Source: Candidatus Poribacteria bacterium (GTDB lineage Bacteria; Poribacteria; WGA-4E; PCPOR2b). From it: DNA of 64,000 nt. How positions within the stretch are numbered: position 1 is the stretch's first letter; every line of letters starts with the position of its first letter. The translations under genes were made by a program, and so were the position numbers. A model generated the notes under the pieces. The model ran no database searches, was not told the DNA's origin, and saw only the letters and a program-made list of their open reading frames with translations. Shown here piece after piece: positions 38,061 through 46,194 of the stretch. The stretch covers positions 6,688,785 through 6,752,784 of the forward strand of contig OZ244950.1 of NCBI GenBank assembly GCA_965222435.1. The letters run 5' to 3'.

Positions 38061-38915
38061 TTACCCCTCTGTGTTGAATACTTCATGCAGAAACTGAATC
38101 GATTGAGGCACTTCCTTATCAAAATCCCTAAAGTTGCATTCCACAGAGACCCGTTTGTTGTATCCGGCATCAGTAAGGCTTCTGGCAAAAAGCTGATAAT
38201 CGTATTTGCCGCTGCCCGGATAGAGCCGATCGGTGTCTGCGACATGCACATGTGCAATCCGCTCCCCCGCGTGGACAATCTCATCGAACCCCTCACCTTC
38301 AAGCATCTGGTGATAAAAGTCAACCAACACTTGGACTTCCGGTCGCCTAAGTTCATCGGCAAACAGTACCGCCTCGGCGATACTGTTAATCACGTTTGTC
38401 TCTGAACGGTTCAGGGGTTCTATGGCGATGACAAGCCCGTGTTCCCTTGCATAATTCGCGGCAGTCTCCAAGAACTCAAGGATCTGATCGTGCGCCCGCT
38501 TGCGAGAAAAACCGTCCGGCACATGACGCGCGTCGCCGCTCCCGAACACAATAATCTCACCGTTAAGCTCAGACGCCCGTTCAGTAGCAGCAGCCAAGTA
38601 GTTGTCTAGCCGGACCTTGTCAACATCTGGTCCTGTCACCTTTAAGTCGGCAGGGATAAAGCTATTAAAGCATTCCGCCTGAAGAGGGTAATCGGATACC
38701 AGATCCTTGAGTCCCTCAAAGAGGGATTTTGGGGATTCAGGGCAGAGCATTCCCACACCGAACTCGAAAAAATCACACCCAGCATCTGACAAGGTTTTAA
38801 GGGTTGCCGGTGCTTTCTCCAGCTTCGCTTTGTAGAGTGAGCCTGTGTCCAACTGCTTGGCATCAGCCGTTTGTGGAACAAAGGAAGCGAGTCCTGCACA
38901 GCAGCTTAGTTTCAT
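38061..38915 (-). CDS. Sugar phosphate isomerase/epimerase (xylose isomerase-like TIM barrel)
   Basis: 'IIVFGSG', 'IAIEPLNRSETN', 'LVDFYH', 'HVHVAD.DR.YPG', 'GY...VSVEC'; start ATG 38915 after AAGGAG. Confidence 0.88.
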   Translation of the reverse strand: MKLSCCAGLASFVPQTADAKQLDTGSLYKAKLEKAPATLKTLSDAGCDFFEFGVGMLCPESPKSLFEGLKDLVSDYPLQAECFNSFIPADLKVTGPDVDKVRLDNYLAAATERASELNGEIIVFGSGDARHVPDGFSRKRAHDQILEFLETAANYAREHGLVIAIEPLNRSETNVINSIAEAVLFADELRRPEVQVLVDFYHQMLEGEGFDEIVHAGERIAHVHVADTDRLYPGSGKYDYQLFARSLTDAGYNKRVSVECNFRDFDKEVPQSIQFLHEVFNTEG

Positions 38916-38931
38916 GGGTAGGTCTCCTTTA

Positions 38932-39690
38932 TCACGCAGTTTTCCCAATAAGGTGATCCCACATTTCCATACGCAACCCGCGTTCCTTGTAGTGATCGGA
39001 TTGGGAACAGGCACACGCCCGCTCGGAGGAAAAGCGACGCATCGAGGCGGCAGCCTCCGCCGGATGGTGGTTCCAACTTGGCGATTTTGGTTCGCTACCG
39101 CGGCTGAAGAGGAACTTAAGCATGTAGCGTGTCTTCGTGCCACGATTCGCGGCTGCGGCGTGCCAGATGTCGTAGTGCGCGATCGCTACCGTCCCCGCCT
39201 TGACGGTGAGGGGAATCTGCTCACGGAAATTGGCGTATGTCGCCATGCGATCGGTCGGGGCATTACGGAAGTGTGTTCCGGGCATAATCACCGTCGGTCC
39301 CAATTCTGCAGAGACATCTTGGGGATAGTACATCGCCAAAACGGTTTGGATGCGATGATGCCGCTTGTTAGTTCCATCTTGATGCCATGTCTGACTCCGC
39401 GTACCGGGCGGATTTACGTGGCAGTGGCGGTGACCGTTCATCTGAACATCTTCGCCGAGCAGACTTGCCAATGCGCCGTGCACCTTGGGATGGTCGTAGA
39501 CCTGATAGAGCTTCGGGACTTTGTCCAGAATTCCATCGCCCGGATTATTCTGCTGGATATCCAACGCCTCAAGTTCCTCGTAAATTGACTCGTTGAAGCC
39601 TTCGGGAAAATCTGGCTCAACAATATGCGAACCATGGATGATAAAAGAGATAATTTCGTCGTCGCTCAATAGATACGGTTTGTCAGCCAT
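38932..39690 (-). CDS. PhyH-family dioxygenase
   Basis: 'WHQDG', 'YYPQDV...GPT...PGTH', 'AGTV....YDIWH'. Confidence 0.85.
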   Translation of the reverse strand: MADKPYLLSDDEIISFIIHGSHIVEPDFPEGFNESIYEELEALDIQQNNPGDGILDKVPKLYQVYDHPKVHGALASLLGEDVQMNGHRHCHVNPPGTRSQTWHQDGTNKRHHRIQTVLAMYYPQDVSAELGPTVIMPGTHFRNAPTDRMATYANFREQIPLTVKAGTVAIAHYDIWHAAAANRGTKTRYMLKFLFSRGSEPKSPSWNHHPAEAAASMRRFSSERACACSQSDHYKERGLRMEMWDHLIGKTA

Positions 39691-40078
39691 TGTAAGCCTC
39701 CAATTTTTGTAGGATAAATTCGTAGCCTAAGATGTCAATTTCCCGGTCATCAAATTCTGTCCGCTGATTCGGAAAGTGGATGACCTGCCATCCGTCCAGA
39801 ATTGCGTCGTGTACCGTATTATAGGGCCAATCCTGCTCCGCTGTCACAATCTCTGTCACCGAACCCTCTATCGGTTCGTGTAACGCCATCCCGATGACTT
39901 GAGAGCGGATGCCCGGGGTCGCCGCATGGAGATAGAGCAGCCACTGTCGCGTGTGCACCCGGTTTGCGCTGATAATCCGGTGGAGCTGATCCAGATCTCC
40001 CCCCTGAATCCCGCCATCTTTTAGCTTGGTGCGTGCCTCGTCAATCCATCTATCGATTGCTTCAAAAGCGGTTGGCAT
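39683..40078 (-). CDS. Conserved hypothetical protein coupled to PhyH
   Basis: Overlaps the PhyH start; 'WPY.TVHDAI.DGWQVIHFP...GYEFIL.K'. Confidence 0.65.
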   Translation of the reverse strand: MPTAFEAIDRWIDEARTKLKDGGIQGGDLDQLHRIISANRVHTRQWLLYLHAATPGIRSQVIGMALHEPIEGSVTEIVTAEQDWPYNTVHDAILDGWQVIHFPNQRTEFDDREIDILGYEFILQKLEAYNG

Positions 40079-40122
40079 AGTTTTCTCTTCCTCACCAAAT
40101 ACAACTCGCAAAGCCCGATGAA

Positions 40123-40344
40123 TCAGGCAAGGTTTGTAATAGGTCTCGGACTCTCGGAACGGAGGCGATTCATCACCCGTCCTAACGCTTTTTTCTGAAG
40201 TTCAAGGGCAGTATACTGGTCCCGAAATTCTTTTAAGCTACCAGCCCAATCTAATTTCAGTTCCTTTTTTCGCTTTGAAACCTTCACCTCTTCATGGAGA
40301 TCGGGTGGCAGTTGGTTGAATTTTTCAACGATGTTAGATTTCAT
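40123..40344 (-). CDS. DUF2281-like antitoxin, probably degenerate; no toxin follows
   Basis: 'EKFNQLPPDLHEEV', 'LKLDWAGSLKEFRDQYTALELQKKAL'; the usual DF..FL segment is missing. Confidence 0.55.
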   Translation of the reverse strand: MKSNIVEKFNQLPPDLHEEVKVSKRKKELKLDWAGSLKEFRDQYTALELQKKALGRVMNRLRSESPRPITNLA

Positions 40345-40354
40345 ATTACGTATC

Positions 40355-40687
40355 CTACTCAACTGCGTATCCTGTGTACTGTCGAACATCTGGGGGACGG
40401 AATCCCAAGACGATGTGCTCTTTGGGAACACCGTATCGCTCCAAATCTGGCGCGATGCCTTCGGTATTGTCGTGTTGAACCCACAACTTTCCATTGATGA
40501 TATCAATACGGACGACACAAGCGTGAATTCGTTTGTGTTTCTGGTATCCTCTAACCATCCACAGATAGTGGTCTGCTTCACGGTCAACGATGATTTCGTC
40601 TTCCAAATCTCCGTGAGCGACGGGCACTCCTGTATACTCACGAAAGACTTGTAATATAATTTCCCGATACTTTTCTACGAGTGCCAT
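40355..40687 (-). CDS. xisI: XisI family protein
   Basis: 'D.E.DHYL....G.....RIH...+.IDI.NGK.W.Q.DNTE.IA.DL...GVPKE.IVLGF.PP..RQYT.YAV'. Confidence 0.9.
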   Translation of the reverse strand: MALVEKYREIILQVFREYTGVPVAHGDLEDEIIVDREADHYLWMVRGYQKHKRIHACVVRIDIINGKLWVQHDNTEGIAPDLERYGVPKEHIVLGFRPPDVRQYTGYAVE

Positions 40688-41091
40688 TTGACAATCACCT
40701 CCTCGGTTTTGCTAAAGATAAGCAGCTTGAGATGATTTTTTCGGATTAGCATCTGTCCTAGAGATTCCTCGAAAATGGTTGCAAAAACCTCCTCGTGGAC
40801 AGCGAGATATAGCGTCCGGTCGGGTTCAAGTTCCTCAATAATATTCCGATACAGGATATATTGTCCCAGTGCGTTTTCGAGGTCTGCCATGTTGGAGTAA
40901 CTAACGAAACTTTTGACTTCGATGGCGATTTTTCGATCTTCTTTTTTCGCTGTCAAAAGTTGCTCTGCGCCCAGATCTACATACAAAAGATTATTGCCCC
41001 ACTTCAAACGGAGTGGGTCATGTGTAATAGTCCAACCGTCCTTGATCAGGGCGTTCTTCACGGTGTCGTGATAGATGTCTTTAGCCGGCAT
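40675..41091 (-). CDS. xisH: XisH family protein
   Basis: 'MPAKDIYHDTVKNALIKDGWTITHDPL', 'DLGAE', 'KIAIEVKSF', 'ALGQY..YR'. Confidence 0.92.
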   Translation of the reverse strand: MPAKDIYHDTVKNALIKDGWTITHDPLRLKWGNNLLYVDLGAEQLLTAKKEDRKIAIEVKSFVSYSNMADLENALGQYILYRNIIEELEPDRTLYLAVHEEVFATIFEESLGQMLIRKNHLKLLIFSKTEEVIVKWHS

Positions 41092-41296
41092 TGGTTGTTC
41101 CCTTCTCCCACAGAACCCCTTTTCCGTGAATTTCATTCAAAGAAATTCAGTACCACACTGCCTCAATCTTTTCTTAGTATCATTTTCATCAGGTAGAATT
41201 TACGCATCTGGCTGATGATTCGTAGTAGGTTTGGGACTCTCGGTCGTAGACCGGAGACGGTTCATCGCTCGTCTTGACGCGCAATAAATTGCGCTA

Positions 41297-41491
41297 CTAC
41301 AAACCCTGACTTTTGCTAGAATACTCCGCCCTTCTTGCCCGAATTTCATTCAAAGAAATCAGATATCGCGCTTCAATCTTTTCTTTCGGGCTCGTCTGTT
41401 CGGCTGAATTCTGGATAATATAGAGTTCGGGCTGCGTCGCAGCGTTGAGAAGAACATAAAGGAAATAATCCGATACCGCTGCCTTCAGCAA
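41297..41491 (-). pseudogene. C-terminal relic of a DUF3883/NO VEIN-like domain gene
   Basis: 'DYFLYVLLNAATQPELYIIQN' with no N-terminus; part of its 3' end (GAATTTCATTCAAAGAAAT) is repeated at 41128-41146. Confidence 0.5.
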
Positions 41492-41530
41492 CAGTTTTTG
41501 ATATTCATATCAAAGTCTACCCCATTGGAT

Positions 41531-42271
41531 TTACGCATTAGTATTCGGCATAGAATCAAAGCCGATCAACCGCTTCAACGTCGGCGTCGCGCGGGCGATA
41601 ACCTCCTCAGAAACGATTTTCTGCTGATCTTGCTGCGGCTTCATAAAAGCGCGACAGAAGAAACCGAGCAAGCAGACGCGAGCGCGATCGGTGTGGTTCG
41701 CGGATGAGGCGTGCCACAGGGATCCGTTGATAATCATTACAGAACCCTTCGGACCGGTAATCTGCAGTTCGTCGTCATAACTGACACCCGGTTCAGGACG
41801 GGATTCAAGTCGGCGGTGACTGCCGGGGACACAACGGGTCGCGCCGTTCTCAAGCGTAAAATCATCAAGGAACCAGACGCTGTTGGCAGAAAGGGCAAAA
41901 CTCGGACGGGGCGTCGGCATCCCACTCAAGGGGTGATCAATGTGAAGCCCTCCATCCGGCGCACCGGGTCCGATAATGTTCACAGTGAACGAACTGAGCG
42001 TACAGTCCTCGCCGAGTAGATACTCTATCCCGTTGAGCATACGTGGATACTGGATTGCGTTTTCAAACAACTCGTCTTTGTCCACCAGATTCCAAACCCG
42101 TTGCGCCTTGTCATCCAGATACACATGCTCTCCTAACACCTCTCGCTCCTGTTCGGCGAGAGCGATCGATCGCTCTCGCAGTGCGTCCGCTTGAGCGGTT
42201 GTGATAGCATTCTCCAAAAGTACAAAACCGTGTTCATCAAGGTGGGCTTTTTCTGCATCTGTAAGCATCAA
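41531..42271 (-). CDS. PhyH-family dioxygenase
   Basis: 'DEHGFVLLENA', 'LHIDH', 'LDDFT.ENGAT..VPGSH', 'LWHAS.AN'. Confidence 0.9.
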   Translation of the reverse strand: MMLTDAEKAHLDEHGFVLLENAITTAQADALRERSIALAEQEREVLGEHVYLDDKAQRVWNLVDKDELFENAIQYPRMLNGIEYLLGEDCTLSSFTVNIIGPGAPDGGLHIDHPLSGMPTPRPSFALSANSVWFLDDFTLENGATRCVPGSHRRLESRPEPGVSYDDELQITGPKGSVMIINGSLWHASSANHTDRARVCLLGFFCRAFMKPQQDQQKIVSEEVIARATPTLKRLIGFDSMPNTNA

Positions 42272-42311
42272 TATCTCCTTATATCACGTCCGCGCATCAT
42301 GTCGTTTCGCT

Positions 42312-43118
42312 TCAAGGTTGATGATCCGTATTTACCGGCGGTTCATCGTTACCCATAAAACGTTCAATTGTATTAATAGTTGCGGGAGATGTTCGGAAAT
42401 CAGCGACCCACGGTTCACGGAAATAAACCTGCTTTTCACGCGGCAAGCCCGCCATCACCTCCGGTGGAATCTTCAGACGATGCCAGTGGGTGGCAAGATG
42501 CGCATACGCATGAAGAATGGCAACACGCGGCGTATCTCGCTTCCAGATGGGTCCCGCATGACAGAGGTTCTCCGTAAAAAAGATGGCACTGCCCGCAGGA
42601 CATTCGTAGCGCACCAAAAACTCGCTCTCTTTCCCGTCCTCCCACGACATATGATCCGGGTGCATCGGGAAGTTTGCCTTGTGGCTGCCAACGATGAAGC
42701 AGGTCGCACCGTCCTCTTTCTTCACATCGGTCAGTTCAAAGACCACCCGCACCATCCCCGCGTGAATCCGATCATTCTGAACACGATAGCCGAAGATGGG
42801 ATCTCCCTGTCCCCGTCCACCACCGTGCAGTTCACCGTGCGATTCCCCCTTCAATCGCCAAGTTAATCCACAAGCCTCCAGTCGGACATCGGGACCGATG
42901 ATTTCGTGCAGCACCTCAATTACTTTTGGGTGATCGATCAACAGACTTGCTGCGCCTCCCGGAATCGCTCGATGCTCCGGCGACAGGGACTCAGGATTGT
43001 GCCGAATCCGGTCGGCTTGGTCAACGATTGCAGCAACTTCATCGGGCGTCAAAATCGCCGGACGGACTAAAAAACCGGTTAAGTCAAACCGGAAACGTTC
43101 CTCTTCGGTCATTGCCAT
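42312..43118 (-). CDS. PhyH-like Fe/2OG enzyme with an HGG motif
   Basis: 'FDLTGFLVRPAIL', 'ELHGGG', 'DGATCFIVGSHK', 'AGSAIFFTENLCHAG'. Confidence 0.8.
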   Translation of the reverse strand: MAMTEEERFRFDLTGFLVRPAILTPDEVAAIVDQADRIRHNPESLSPEHRAIPGGAASLLIDHPKVIEVLHEIIGPDVRLEACGLTWRLKGESHGELHGGGRGQGDPIFGYRVQNDRIHAGMVRVVFELTDVKKEDGATCFIVGSHKANFPMHPDHMSWEDGKESEFLVRYECPAGSAIFFTENLCHAGPIWKRDTPRVAILHAYAHLATHWHRLKIPPEVMAGLPREKQVYFREPWVADFRTSPATINTIERFMGNDEPPVNTDHQP

Positions 43119-43148
43119 ATCACTTCCTCCATATCCACCTTTTCGGGT

Positions 43149-43955
43149 TCAGGGACGGTGATCGGTATTCACCGACGACTCATCGTTGTCAACAAAGCGT
43201 TCCATTGTGTTGTGAGTCGCTGGACGGGTACGGAAATCAGCAATCCACGGTTCACGGAAATATGCTTGTTTTTCTCGTGGCAGTCCGGCTATCACTTCAG
43301 GTGGAATCGTCAGTCGATGCCAATGGGTTGCAAGATGGGCGTAAGCGTTGAGCACCGTTACGCGCGGTTCTTCCCGTTGCCACACGGGTCCGGCGTGACA
43401 AAGGTTTTCCGTGAAAAAGACCGCACTACCGGCTGGGCAGTCGTAGCTCATCAAGAACGGGCTCTGCTTTCCCGGTTCCAACGACATATGATCCGGGTGC
43501 ATCGGGAAATTCGCTTTGTGGCTGCCGACAATGAAATGGGTCCCGCCATCCTCTTTGCCGACATCGGTCAGTTCAAAGACAACGCGCACCATCCCCGCAT
43601 GAATCCGTCCATACCTGACACGATAGCCAAAAATGGGGTCTGCCTGTTGGGGCCCGCCACCATGAAGATCGCCGTGCGCCTCCCCTTTCCGACGCCAGAC
43701 ACAGTAGCTATTCTCAAGCCGAATATCGGGACCGATAATTTCGCGCAGCACTTCAATGACCTTCGGATGATCAATCAGCACACTCGACGGACCACTCGGC
43801 ACAGCGCGATGTTCTGGCGGCAATGATTCCGCATCGTGCCTGATATGGTATATCTGATCTCTAATCGCAGCAATCTCCTCCGGCGTAAGGATAGCCGGGC
43901 GTATCAGAAAACCGGTTAAATCGAAACGGAAACGTTCCTCTTCAGTCAACCCCAT
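43149..43955 (-). CDS. PhyH-like Fe/2OG enzyme with an HGG motif; tandem paralog
   Basis: Highly similar to 42312..43118; 'DLHGGG'; start ATG 43955 after GAAGGAG. Confidence 0.8.
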   Translation of the reverse strand: MGLTEEERFRFDLTGFLIRPAILTPEEIAAIRDQIYHIRHDAESLPPEHRAVPSGPSSVLIDHPKVIEVLREIIGPDIRLENSYCVWRRKGEAHGDLHGGGPQQADPIFGYRVRYGRIHAGMVRVVFELTDVGKEDGGTHFIVGSHKANFPMHPDHMSLEPGKQSPFLMSYDCPAGSAVFFTENLCHAGPVWQREEPRVTVLNAYAHLATHWHRLTIPPEVIAGLPREKQAYFREPWIADFRTRPATHNTMERFVDNDESSVNTDHRP

Positions 43956-44817
43956 AGTTCTCTCCTTCATCTACATTAGTTGATGCGTTAATCAGCATCT
44001 CAATCTCGGTGATAAGGGTTTCTAGTTCACGAATAGCTCGCTGCATCCCGTTCTTATCGAAGGGTCCCTCAAGGAGTTTGGTGTATCTCTCAAGAAAATT
44101 GGGAGGTAATAGACTCAACTTTTCGTACGCAACCTCAGATCGTTTGACCGCTGGATCATATTTTTCATTAACAGCGAACAGAAGTATGTGAAGTGCATCA
44201 CGCATTCTGTGAAAAAAGAAATGGAAAAATGTAAGACCAAACCCTCTTTTGACCCCGTCTTTAAGTTCCGCGTGACAATCTTTCAGAGTATGCAGACTGT
44301 CTGAAATCAACCGCTGCTTGAGTTGAGCTGGATAAGGATAGAGGCGACTGATAAGGTCGTCTAAGAATGAGCAGGGATCGTACAGAATGATTCCATCTTC
44401 CAAAAGCCCAAGCATCGTATAAGGGCGGAATTTTTGTTCAGGAATAGATATTGCACCCTCCTGTGTAACTCGCCTGACAACGGTTCTAATCCAGTCCATT
44501 GTGTTGTACGAAATTTCAAACAGATCCTCGTTCACACGGAAAGAATCGCTTTGTGGAGACCACTGGGAGTCCCACCCCACGGCGGTGTCACTCTCCTCAA
44601 AGTGGCTTATACCTTGAACGCTCTCTAAGACTTGCCGCCTCTCCGCCGCCGAAACAACCTCAGGTTCACAAAACACGAAAAGATCGAGATCCGAGTATTC
44701 ATCAAACGTGCCCATCGCATACGAACCGAAACAGAAGATAGCCCGCACATCTTCCAGCCTTGCGAGGCTCTCGACGACAGGGGCAGTTTTGTTGTGGATG
44801 AGATCGATTGATTTCAT
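43942..44817 (-). CDS. Nucleotidyltransferase-fold protein with a DUF4037-like C-terminus
   Basis: 'FGSYAMG..DEYSDLDLFVF', 'ILYDP', 'YP..LK', 'LFAVN..Y.P..KR'. Confidence 0.75.
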   Translation of the reverse strand: MKSIDLIHNKTAPVVESLARLEDVRAIFCFGSYAMGTFDEYSDLDLFVFCEPEVVSAAERRQVLESVQGISHFEESDTAVGWDSQWSPQSDSFRVNEDLFEISYNTMDWIRTVVRRVTQEGAISIPEQKFRPYTMLGLLEDGIILYDPCSFLDDLISRLYPYPAQLKQRLISDSLHTLKDCHAELKDGVKRGFGLTFFHFFFHRMRDALHILLFAVNEKYDPAVKRSEVAYEKLSLLPPNFLERYTKLLEGPFDKNGMQRAIRELETLITEIEMLINASTNVDEGENYGVD

Positions 44818-44884
44818 ACTCAACCCGATTCAGGCGATGCGACCATGCACTCCCAATCTCTTAGAGGGATTGACTCATTTTCCA

Positions 44885-45775
44885 TTACCCTTCGGTGTAG
44901 GGACGGAAGCCGCGAATCATCAACCCACGCTGTTCATTTGTCTTCTTCGCTTCGGCAGCACGTTTCTCCGCCTCTGCGCGATTTGCGGTGGTGGTCCCAC
45001 CAATAACAACGTAATCGTCCACCCGTCGGTAACGGTTAATGAACACCGGGCGCGGCTTGTCTGAGTGGTTCTGCTTGGATCCGTGAATCATCTTGACGTG
45101 GAAAAAGATGGAGTCCCCCGCTTCACCGACGATCGGCAGTGCTCGCTCCCAGGGCCACTCATCATCATCTAAGCCGAGATGCGAAAAGGTGTCAATATGT
45201 TTGAGTTGACCGAGCCGATGTGAGCCGGGGACGATGTGCAGCGCACCATTTACCAAATCCGTATCCACCACATAGTTCAGAATCCCCACAGGGCCCTCGT
45301 AGCGGTGTTCAAAGTAGGCGGAATCCTGATGCAGATGTTTCGGATGCCCGCCGACCGGTTCTTTATAAAGGCACTGTCCATTGCCGTAAACCTCAATATT
45401 CTCCCCTAGAACCGCCTCAACGATATCCAACGCACGTTCATCAAGCGCGGAGCGGAAAAACGCAGCACTGGTAAAGTAGTTGATTGCCAAGACCATGATC
45501 TGTTTATCACGGGAGTAGCCGGATGGTGCAGGCAGAAATAGCGTACCGTTTGGTGTTCGCCAGCCCTCCACAATCTTCTCCGCAGAATCAAGTGAAGCGA
45601 TTGATTCTGCGGCAGCCGCCTCAATGTCCCGGTGGATTTCATCAATGTACGGTTTCATTAACCCACGGACGACAAGCGCGCCGTGCTTCTTAAACGTTTC
45701 TGCAGCCGCTTGGGGGTTTAGGTCGTCCGCAAATACCTCAATATCTTCAACTGTTACAGTCGAATCTGTTGCCAT
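44885..45775 (-). CDS. PhyH-family dioxygenase
   Basis: 'YKEP..G....LHQDSAYF', 'NGAL..VPGSH', 'AGDSIFFH...IHGS..N.S..PR'. Confidence 0.9.
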   Translation of the reverse strand: MATDSTVTVEDIEVFADDLNPQAAAETFKKHGALVVRGLMKPYIDEIHRDIEAAAAESIASLDSAEKIVEGWRTPNGTLFLPAPSGYSRDKQIMVLAINYFTSAAFFRSALDERALDIVEAVLGENIEVYGNGQCLYKEPVGGHPKHLHQDSAYFEHRYEGPVGILNYVVDTDLVNGALHIVPGSHRLGQLKHIDTFSHLGLDDDEWPWERALPIVGEAGDSIFFHVKMIHGSKQNHSDKPRPVFINRYRRVDDYVVIGGTTTANRAEAEKRAAEAKKTNEQRGLMIRGFRPYTEG

Positions 45776-45942
45776 AGGTGGGTCTCCGTGTTGAAACGAG
45801 AATGCTGTTATCAGGTCAAGACAAGAGCATAGCATACCCAGCCCAATTTGTCAAAATTCCAATCTTTTTTTGAGAACTTCAAGTAGGTAGGACGTTTTCC
45901 GATATTATACCAATTCCGCATTGAGATGTGTTAAAAATAAAC

Positions 45943-46113
45943 GCTCATGTAAAGAATGAGTGCAACAGCAGCCACAGATGCTTGCATCCCAGTTTATCGG
46001 GGAGTTACTTTCCCCCCGCTTGTGCTTGCATCCCGATCCTTCGGGGCGGGGGGATTAAGGGGGGTCTGGAGGTGCACTTCACTTCGCGTTTTGCACTTTC
46101 TTTTTACATGAAC
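45943..46113. mobile_element. MITE-like element, copy 2 (inverted, with a nested insert of about 24 bp)
   Basis: Terminal inverted repeats GCTCATGTAAAGAA / TTTTTACATGAAC; homologous to 4519..4665 plus an extra GCTTGCATCCCGATCCTTCGGG. Confidence 0.75.
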
Positions 46114-46194
46114 CAAAATAAAAAGCGTTGCTTTTTAACTGACTTTGTGGCATTTTAATCACTCCGGTATGTATTTGGCTGATTCACTATCCGT

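Noticed and set aside
38845-39588. 247-aa plus-strand ORF, and similar long antisense ORFs (43158..43826, 25241..25885, 30505..31146, 42201..42866)
   Set aside because: These are shadow frames of well-supported minus-strand genes and show no recognisable motifs.
40355-41091. xisH/xisI as evidence for a developmentally excised fdxN-type element
   Set aside because: No XisF-like serine recombinase or interrupted gene is nearby, and xisHI pairs are commonly found alone.
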